This document shows positions 57,400 to 64,000 of a stretch of 64,000 bases of DNA, in pieces. A program made the translations under genes and the position numbers. The stretch spans positions 24,709 through 88,708 of the forward strand of contig JAOACY010000120.1 in assembly GCA_026417615.1 (NCBI GenBank), given 5' to 3'. The notes beneath the pieces are model-generated. The model was not told the DNA's origin. It was given only the letters and a program-made list of their open reading frames with translations, and did not search any database. Source of the DNA: Clostridia bacterium (GTDB lineage Bacteria; Bacillota; Clostridia; Acetivibrionales; JAFADI01). The number at the start of each line of letters is the position of its first letter. Positions within the stretch are counted from its first letter, which is position 1.

Positions 57400-58398
57400 T
57401 TGAGCTTGCCGTTTAGAATTTCCATACAGGTTGTTGTTTTTGTAATTGCATTCATACTTTCATTAATCAGCGGACCCATTCTCATTCCGGTATTAAGGCG
57501 GCTTAAGTTTGGTCAGACCGTAAGGGATGACGGACCAGCTTCGCATTTCAAGAAAACAGGTACTCCAACAATGGGAGGAGTGATATTCCTGATACCCATA
57601 CTTCTTATATCCATATACTTTGCGCCATCGGATATAAGGATTCTGCCTCTTGCTTTCGTAACCCTGGGCTTTGGCACTATAGGCTTTATTGATGATTTCA
57701 TAAAGGTTGTAAAGAAGCGCAAGGACGGGCTGTATGCCAATCAAAAAATTATAGGCCTTCTTTTTATTGCAACCGTCTTTTCTTTTTATATAGACAGGTA
57801 TACAAATATAGGAACAGAAATAATTATTCCCTTCCTCGGCTTGGACACAACTTTTAACCTGGCATGGCTGTTTATTCCCTTCACAATATTTGTTCTGATT
57901 GCAACAACAAATGCGGTTAATATAACCGACGGTTTAGACGGCCTTGCGGCAAGCGTCACACTTGTGGTAATGATTTTCTTTACTGTTGCTGCAACCATCA
58001 GAAGTGAGTGGGAATATATAAAAATATTCTCATCAATGGTTGCGGGCGGCTGCCTGGGATTTCTTGCCTATAACGCACACCCCGCGAGGGTTTTCATGGG
58101 GGACACCGGTTCGCTGGCGCTGGGAGGTGCGGTGGCGGCAATCGCGGTAATGATGAAGATGCCCTTGTTTATTATTATAGTCGGAGCCGTATATGTTATT
58201 GAGACTCTTTCCGTAATGATACAAGTAGGCTCTTTCAAGCTAAGGGGTAAAAGGGTATTCAAAATGGCACCGATACATCATCATTTTGAGCTTAGTGGAT
58301 GGAAGGAAACAAAAGTCGTGACTGTTTTCCTGACACTTACAATAATATGCAGCCTCATCGGCTTCATAGCCTTAAGGCTAAAGCTGTATAATTTCTGA
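57400..58398 (+). CDS. mraY: Phospho-N-acetylmuramoyl-pentapeptide transferase
   Basis: K.GTPTMGG, NAVN.TDGLDGLA, FMGDTGSLALGG and APIHHHFEL motifs are present. TTG 57400 lies 7 nt after AAGGAG. The track start is the GTG at 57370. Confidence 0.93.
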   Translation: MSLPFRISIQVVVFVIAFILSLISGPILIPVLRRLKFGQTVRDDGPASHFKKTGTPTMGGVIFLIPILLISIYFAPSDIRILPLAFVTLGFGTIGFIDDFIKVVKKRKDGLYANQKIIGLLFIATVFSFYIDRYTNIGTEIIIPFLGLDTTFNLAWLFIPFTIFVLIATTNAVNITDGLDGLAASVTLVVMIFFTVAATIRSEWEYIKIFSSMVAGGCLGFLAYNAHPARVFMGDTGSLALGGAVAAIAVMMKMPLFIIIVGAVYVIETLSVMIQVGSFKLRGKRVFKMAPIHHHFELSGWKETKVVTVFLTLTIICSLIGFIALRLKLYNF

Positions 58399-58477
58399 AT
58401 TCAAACCTGTTTCATATATTATTAGGACAACAACGCAAAAGCAATACCCATAATTCAGAAAGGAGTGTCCAATAACA

Positions 58478-59581
58478 TTGACCGCCAAAAAAAAGCCTTT
58501 TGATTTTTGGATTTTTATGACTGTTTTGATACTGCTGTCCCTTGGTATCATTATGGTTTTTAGTGCCAGCTCGGCCCATGCATTCAATTACATGCATGAT
58601 ACGTATTATTTTTTGAAAAGACAGCTGGTCAGCGCTTTGATCGGTTTGGCAGTAATGCTGGCAACCATGCAGATTGATTACAGGAAGCTTGGCAAATGGT
58701 CTCCGCTGTTGCTTGCTGCAAGCATCGCCATGCTGGTGCTGGTTCTTATACCGGGCATAGGCAGGGAAGTAAATGGAGCGAAGAGATGGTTTTCCTTTGT
58801 CAATTTTCAGCCTTCCGAGCTTACCAAGCTTGCTGTTATAATGTTTTTTTCCTACAGCCTGTCAAAGAGGAGGGATCAGCTTCAGTATTTCTTCAAGGGC
58901 TTGCTTCCATACCTTATTCTGATTGGGCTGATAGCAGGCTTGTTGATCCTTGAACCTCATCTTAGCGGGACCATTCTTATTTTTACTGTAGCATGCATAA
59001 TTCTGTTCAATGCGGGCGCAAAAATCAGTCATTTTATTTATATGTTCATTCCTGCCGTCGCAGGTCTTTTTCTCGCAATTTCCACATCAGACTACAGACG
59101 TGCAAGGGTACTGTCTTTCCTGAATCCATGGGCTGACCTGCAGGGGGACGGGTGGCAGGTGGTTCAATCACTCTATGCAATCGGGTCGGGAGGACTGTTC
59201 GGCAGAGGCTTGGGCAGAAGCCTGCAGAAGTTTCTTTATATACCTGAACCCCACAATGACTTCATATTTTCTATTATGGCTGAGGAATTAGGGTTCATAG
59301 GCATACTGGCGGTAATGACACTGTTTTTGATATTTATATGGAGGGGCATAAAAATAGCCATGAATGCCCCGGATGTTTACGGCAGTCTTGTGGCTGTAGG
59401 CGTGACATCCCTGGTAGCCGTGCAGGTGCTGATAAATGTGGCCGTAGTTACATCATCCATGCCTGTAACAGGTATGCCGCTGCCTTTCTTCAGCTATGGG
59501 GGCACTTCCCTGGTGTTTTTGCTGTTCGGAGTGGGTATGCTGCTTAATATATCCAGATATGCCAATTACGAGAGAATATGA
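58478..59581 (+). CDS. ftsW: SEDS-family protein FtsW/SpoVE
   Basis: 367 aa. FQPSELTK, PEPHNDFIFSI.AEELGF and MP.TG.PLPFFSYGGTS motifs are present. Confidence 0.9.
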   Translation: MTAKKKPFDFWIFMTVLILLSLGIIMVFSASSAHAFNYMHDTYYFLKRQLVSALIGLAVMLATMQIDYRKLGKWSPLLLAASIAMLVLVLIPGIGREVNGAKRWFSFVNFQPSELTKLAVIMFFSYSLSKRRDQLQYFFKGLLPYLILIGLIAGLLILEPHLSGTILIFTVACIILFNAGAKISHFIYMFIPAVAGLFLAISTSDYRRARVLSFLNPWADLQGDGWQVVQSLYAIGSGGLFGRGLGRSLQKFLYIPEPHNDFIFSIMAEELGFIGILAVMTLFLIFIWRGIKIAMNAPDVYGSLVAVGVTSLVAVQVLINVAVVTSSMPVTGMPLPFFSYGGTSLVFLLFGVGMLLNISRYANYERI

Positions 59582-59593
59582 GGTGGGGCTTCA

Positions 59594-60694
59594 GTGAAAT
59601 ATTTGATAACGGGCGGAGGCACCGCGGGACATATCAACCCCGGAATTGCCATCGCAAAGCATATCAGACATAAAGACAAGGACGCGGAATTTTTATTTGT
59701 AGGAACCAGGAAGGGACTTGAAACCAAGCTTGTTCCAAGGGAGGGCTTCACTCTTGAGACTATACGCGTAAGAGGCTTTCGCAGGAAGTTTTCGCTTGAT
59801 ACTCTAGCTGCTGTGAAAGATCTTTTCTTTGGTGTCATGGAAGCACGCAAGGTAATAAGAAGGTTTAAGCCTGATGTTGTTATAGGCACGGGAGGATATG
59901 TTTGCGGACCGGTTGTGCTTAATGCGGCATTGATGAAAATTCCAACCCTCATTCATGAGCAGAATGCTTTCCCGGGTGTAACAAATAAGATCCTTTCAAG
60001 ATTTGCTGATGCTGTTGCCATAAGCTTCAAGGAATCCTCAAAGTATTTCGGCAATGCCAAAAGAATCATTCTGACAGGAAACCCCATAAGGACGGAACTG
60101 CTTCAATCCGAGAGGGATAAGGCGAGGAACAGCCTTAACATTGGCCCGGACACACCTGTTGTTGTGGTGTTCGGAGGAAGCAGGGGAGCGGAAAGAATAA
60201 ATGAAGCTGTCGCCAATATGATTATAAAACATTATAAAGGATATGAAGCAAGAATCATATTTGCAACGGGAGAAGAGCAATACGAAAAGATCTGCAGCAT
60301 GCTTGCCAATAAACGGACAGAGGGTGTAAATCTGGTTCCGTATATTTTCAACATGGGAGAAGTTCTGGCTGCTGCCGATCTTGCGGTATGCAGGGGGGGA
60401 GCTATAACCATAAGCGAGCTGGCAGCCATGGGGGTAGCCTCAATAATTATTCCCTCACCCTATGTAACCGCTAATCATCAGGAATATAATGCAAGAGCGC
60501 TTGAGCAGCATGGGGCTGCTGTGGTTATACTTGAAAAGGATTTAAACGAGGACATTCTGTATCAGCAGATTACCGGCCTTTTGAAAAATAAGGAACAGCT
60601 TGGAAAGATGGCCCGAAATGCAAAAAAAATAGGAATAACCAACGCAGCTGATAAAATATATGGTATAATACAGGAAATAGCAAAACGTAAATAA
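59594..60694 (+). CDS. murG: UDP-N-acetylglucosamine--N-acetylmuramyl-(pentapeptide) pyrophosphoryl-undecaprenol GlcNAc transferase
   Basis: TGGGTAGHI.P, IGTGGYV..P and HEQNA.PG..N are present. The C-terminal motifs are RGGA.T..E and ANHQ..NA. Confidence 0.93.
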   Translation: MKYLITGGGTAGHINPGIAIAKHIRHKDKDAEFLFVGTRKGLETKLVPREGFTLETIRVRGFRRKFSLDTLAAVKDLFFGVMEARKVIRRFKPDVVIGTGGYVCGPVVLNAALMKIPTLIHEQNAFPGVTNKILSRFADAVAISFKESSKYFGNAKRIILTGNPIRTELLQSERDKARNSLNIGPDTPVVVVFGGSRGAERINEAVANMIIKHYKGYEARIIFATGEEQYEKICSMLANKRTEGVNLVPYIFNMGEVLAAADLAVCRGGAITISELAAMGVASIIIPSPYVTANHQEYNARALEQHGAAVVILEKDLNEDILYQQITGLLKNKEQLGKMARNAKKIGITNAADKIYGIIQEIAKRK

Positions 60695-60786
60695 CAACCA
60701 CGAAGACTCTTTGTCCTCCGCGTCAGTAACACTTTCGCAGACCTCGCATAATATGATAGTGTATCGCGAGGTTTACGGAGGGATAT

Positions 60787-62052
60787 GTGGTGAGCAGTTT
60801 GGTTATTACAGGCGGACAGAAGCTGAAGGGGGAAATCAGGGTAGAGGGCTCAAAAAATGCAGTACTCCCTATATTGGCGGCAACTGTGTTGAATGGAGGC
60901 CTGAATGTAATAAAGAATTGTCCCGGGTTAAAAGACGTTGAAATAATGATTGAAATATTGAGGGAAATCGGATGTGTTGTTAGTAAGGAGGGCAGCACAA
61001 TAATAGTTGACTCCTCCTCGGTTAACAGTACAATAGTACCTGAAGCTTATGCGATTGAAATGAGGTCTTCAATAATCTTTCTTGGGCCTATTCTTTCAAG
61101 ATTCGGGAAAGCAACCATAGGTCATCCTGGCGGGTGTGATATAGGCCCCAGGCCGATTGACCTTCACCTTAAAGCGTTGAAGAAAATGGGAACGAAAATT
61201 CAGGACGCCCAGAGGGGTTTTATATACTGCGAAGCTGATAAATTAAAGGGTTGCGATATTCAGCTTGATTATCCAAGCGTAGGCGCCACCGAAAACATAA
61301 TGCTTGCCGCTGTTTTCGCAGAAGGTGACACGTACATACGCAATGCAGCAAAAGAGCCGGAAATTGTTGACCTTCAAAATTTTCTTATAGGTCTCGGAGT
61401 AAATATATCCGGTGCCGGAACGAGCGTTGTACATATTGAGGGCGCAGCAAATAAAAAGCTTAAGAACATTGAGCATGTAATAATTTCTGACAGGATTACC
61501 GCTGGAACATATATGGTTGCCGCAGCTATGACCGGAGGTGATGTTACACTAAAGGGTATAGTGCCAGAGCACATAAGCGCCACTGTTTCCAGCCTGAGGG
61601 AAGCAGGCTGCAGGATAAACGTAAAGAGGAATGAGCTCCATATTTCAGGTCCTGCCCGTCCCAAGGCCATCGACATTATAAGAACCCTGCCTTATCCGGG
61701 TTTTCCGACTGATATGCAGGCTCAAATAGTTACAATGCTGGCAATAGCAAGAGGCACAAGTATTGTGGTAGAGACAGTGTTTGAAAACAGATTTATGTAT
61801 GTAGAGGAACTATTAAGAATGGGTGCGAACATAAAGCTGGAGGGAAGGATTGCAGTTATAAAAGGAGTGAAAAAGCTTACGGGCGCACAAGTTGCAGCAA
61901 GGGATTTGCGCGGGGGCGCCGCACTGGTTTTGGCGGGTCTGGCTGCAGAAGGCGTTACTACTGTAAGCTCAATCAAGCATATTGACAGAGGGTATGAAAA
62001 TATTGAAGAAAAGCTTGCTCAGCTGGGAGCCCTGATCAGAAGAGAAGTATGA
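60787..62052 (+). CDS. murA: UDP-N-acetylglucosamine 1-carboxyvinyltransferase
   Basis: G.KL.GEIRVEGSKNAVLPILAA is present. The catalytic Cys lies in PGGCDIGPRPIDLH. FPTDMQAQ and IDRGYE motifs are present. The start may be the GTG at 60790. Confidence 0.93.
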   Translation: MVSSLVITGGQKLKGEIRVEGSKNAVLPILAATVLNGGLNVIKNCPGLKDVEIMIEILREIGCVVSKEGSTIIVDSSSVNSTIVPEAYAIEMRSSIIFLGPILSRFGKATIGHPGGCDIGPRPIDLHLKALKKMGTKIQDAQRGFIYCEADKLKGCDIQLDYPSVGATENIMLAAVFAEGDTYIRNAAKEPEIVDLQNFLIGLGVNISGAGTSVVHIEGAANKKLKNIEHVIISDRITAGTYMVAAAMTGGDVTLKGIVPEHISATVSSLREAGCRINVKRNELHISGPARPKAIDIIRTLPYPGFPTDMQAQIVTMLAIARGTSIVVETVFENRFMYVEELLRMGANIKLEGRIAVIKGVKKLTGAQVAARDLRGGAALVLAGLAAEGVTTVSSIKHIDRGYENIEEKLAQLGALIRREV

Positions 62053-62064
62053 GGAGTAATTGCA

Positions 62065-62898
62065 TTGAAGGCGCAAAAGAAAAAGTTTAGAAGAGCTCTA
62101 AACTGGATAAAATTTATATTGACTGTGGTACTTGCTGTATCAGCAATAGCAGCATTGTTTTTTTCGCCTCTTTTTGATATAAAGCATATAACCATGACAG
62201 AAAGCAAGCATTACAGCCGGGAGCAAATATTGGAAGCTACAAGCCTGTCTGCCGGGACAAATGGATTTGTCAGCCTGATAAAAAATGCCGGCGGAATTAC
62301 AAACGCATTAAGGCTATTAAGCTTCAGGCATGCATTGGCGGAGGACGCAATATTGAACGGTTTCCCATATGTTAAAACAGCTGCTGTAAGGTTTAATCCT
62401 CCAAATGCAGTGAAAATTGATATAACAGAAAGAGAAGCTGTTGCGTTGGTGCCATACATGGGTTCAAATCTTATTGTTGATGCAGACGGGTATGTTTTGG
62501 ACATTAACCATAAGGCCCAGGCGGAACCGCTGCCTGTTATAAAAGGACTGGCGTTTGAAGGCTATAAAATGGGACAAGCATTGAAACTGGATAATCCGGA
62601 GGCTTTTGCTTCAGCGAAAACTCTTATGAATACAATCAAGGATGCGGATGAAGCAGATAAACAAAAGCTTTGGGGGTTGGTCAACAGCATAGATGCAAGC
62701 AGCCCTGACGCTACTTACATGAATGTTGATTCGCGCATAATGGTTAACCTTGGAAATATTACAGGACTTTCTTATGACAGTCTGCTATACAGAATAAGGT
62801 TTTTCAAACAGATTTTTATTAAAAATCTGAAGAAGGATGATAAAGGGCTGGTAAACTTTACGATGGGGGAGAATCCCAAATTCATTCCTCAGCACTGA
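62065..62898 (+). CDS. ftsQ: Cell division protein FtsQ/DivIB (POTRA domain)
   Basis: It has a basic N-terminus and a single TM segment. A POTRA-like region is present (IKHITMTESKHYSREQILEATSL...). It sits in the conserved position in the dcw cluster. Confidence 0.8.
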   Translation: MKAQKKKFRRALNWIKFILTVVLAVSAIAALFFSPLFDIKHITMTESKHYSREQILEATSLSAGTNGFVSLIKNAGGITNALRLLSFRHALAEDAILNGFPYVKTAAVRFNPPNAVKIDITEREAVALVPYMGSNLIVDADGYVLDINHKAQAEPLPVIKGLAFEGYKMGQALKLDNPEAFASAKTLMNTIKDADEADKQKLWGLVNSIDASSPDATYMNVDSRIMVNLGNITGLSYDSLLYRIRFFKQIFIKNLKKDDKGLVNFTMGENPKFIPQH

Positions 62899-62928
62899 AA
62901 AAATATTACGGGGGTATACTTTAAAATT

Positions 62929-63279
62929 ATGATTCCACTGCTTGGTTTGATTATAGGCATATTAATTGGTACCTTTATTCCTTATAACATACCGTATCAG
63001 TACTCCAACTATGTTGCTGTGGCACTGCTTGCGGCACTGGACTCTGTTTTTGGCGGTGTAGCGGCAACGTTACAAGGGAAATTCGACTTAAAAGTCTTTC
63101 TTTCGGGTTTCTTCGGCAATGCCCTTCTGGCTGCAGGCTTGGCCTATATAGGAGACAAGCTGGGTATACAGATACACCTGGCGGCAATATTTGCTTTTGG
63201 AAACAGGCTGTTCTTAAATTTCGCTATTATCAGAAGATTGCTATTAAATAAATTATCTAAAAAAGATAATCTGGTGTAG
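62929..63279 (+). CDS. sbp: Small basic protein Sbp (DUF1290)
   Basis: 116 aa. The LDSVFGG...GKFD...F.SGFF.N...A..LAY.GD.LG signature of YlxX/Sbp is present, downstream of ftsQ as in Bacillus. Confidence 0.8.
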   Translation: MIPLLGLIIGILIGTFIPYNIPYQYSNYVAVALLAALDSVFGGVAATLQGKFDLKVFLSGFFGNALLAAGLAYIGDKLGIQIHLAAIFAFGNRLFLNFAIIRRLLLNKLSKKDNLV

Positions 63280-63493
63280 ATAGATACAATTATTTATTGT
63301 AATACTGTATTCCGCCATTAGCCAAGCACTGTTTTTGTGTTTTTATCAGTAGTATTCTATACAAACACTATATGCAACAGCAGATAGATGTAAAAAGCGA
63401 ATGGCGGGAAGCACGCATTGATGCTGGGAATATTCAAAACCAAGCTCTTGAAGTTTTCGAGAGCGCACAATTAACTGAACAGAGGCGTTGTTC

Positions 63494-64000
63494 ATGGATA
63501 TTTTTAAGGCATCTGACAGACTGTCAGAGCTTGAATTGAGTTTTATAATCGACAATCTTGAAATTAATGTTTTATGGTTCAGGATAATGCACAGGCCTGA
63601 AGGAGAATGGAGCATTCCAAGGCATATGCATTCATCTTTTGAGTTTCATTTTATAAAATCTGGCTGTTGTATTGTGATGCTTGACGATTGTGAATTTATA
63701 GCCTCTGAAGGAGGATTTTATTTAACTGCTCCAGGGATTTTCCATGAACAAAGAGCATATAAAAAGAATGAAATCTTGGAATATTGCATAAACTGTGAAA
63801 TTTTGGTCAATAATGAACAGTTGACTTCCGAAGGAGCACATATATTTAATATTTTTAAAAAAACAGAATGTAAATGCTTCAAAGATACTGAAGGAATAAT
63901 TAATTTCTTTGAAAAAGCTCTAAATGAAGCATTTTATAAAAATATAGGCTTTTATAACAATATAAAAAACCTGGCTCAGATTATATTGTTTTTATCTGCA
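63494..64000 (+). CDS. AraC-family regulator, N-terminal cupin-type sensor domain (3-prime partial, runs off the window)
   Basis: The frame is open from ATG 63494 to the window end, which is why it is absent from the ORF track. WSIPRHMHSSFEFHFIKSG......GGFYLTAPGIFHEQ is a typical AraC cupin core. AGAGG lies 8 nt upstream of the ATG. Confidence 0.5.
   Translation, partial: MDIFKASDRLSELELSFIIDNLEINVLWFRIMHRPEGEWSIPRHMHSSFEFHFIKSGCCIVMLDDCEFIASEGGFYLTAPGIFHEQRAYKKNEILEYCINCEILVNNEQLTSEGAHIFNIFKKTECKCFKDTEGIINFFEKALNEAFYKNIGFYNNIKNLAQIILFLSA

Noticed and set aside
63346-63615. 89-aa minus-strand ORF, and a 55-codon plus-strand ORF starting at 63372, upstream of the AraC-like gene.
   Set aside because: Neither has an RBS or recognisable motifs. 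The minus-strand ORF overlaps the better-supported AraC-type frame that starts at 63494.

Overview
This window is chromosomal DNA from a low-GC, spore-forming member of the Clostridia. The evidence is sigK with a pro-sequence, ytvI, a SpoVD-type PBP, a Spo0E-like ORF, and frequent GTG/TTG starts behind strong GGAGG Shine-Dalgarno sites. I call about 60 genes, nearly all on the + strand.

Three blocks are conserved housekeeping.
- Block i: rpsB-tsf-pyrH-frr-uppS-cdsA-dxr-rseP-ispG-polC (4.0-17.0 kb).
- Block ii: rimP-nusA-ylxR-L7Ae-infB-rbfA-nrnA-truB-ribF (18.5-27.3 kb).
- Block iii: a dcw cluster, mraZ-rsmH-ftsL-PBP-murE-murF-mraY-ftsW-murG-murA-ftsQ-sbp (50.0-63.3 kb).

Between blocks ii and iii lies a more accessory-looking stretch (27.4-49.8 kb). 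It holds a four-component YknWXYZ-like MacB-type exporter and a heterodimeric ABC exporter with one degenerate ATP site. It also holds an OmpR-type two-component system next to a second MacB-type exporter whose adaptor protein is internally duplicated. The rest of the stretch is a membrane GGDEF cyclase, a pair of M16 peptidases, lgt, a Spo0E-like ORF and rodA.

I see no rRNA, tRNA, CRISPR array, prophage or recognisable defence island, and I did not find a convincing new multi-gene system.

The strongest signal not explained by genes is a family of nested-palindrome intergenic repeats with five copies.
- Two copies are full length (203 bp). Each has 17-bp terminal inverted repeats and a perfect 6-bp flanking direct duplication, so they look like MITEs. 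One sits between rpsB and tsf.
- Two copies are internal-deletion derivatives of 87 bp and 42 bp.
- One copy is a solo core hairpin.

Secondary observations:
- A shared direct-repeat operator sits in front of the two-component genes and the adjacent exporter operon.
- A 45-bp tandem repeat array lies inside infB.
- A triple 10-bp-phased AAGTGG array sits at the mraZ promoter.
- A strong terminator lies only 17 nt upstream of the ABC exporter start codon.
- An unannotated 55-codon ORF lies at 44283-44450.

All calls come from reading the sequence and the translations by eye. No database search was run.
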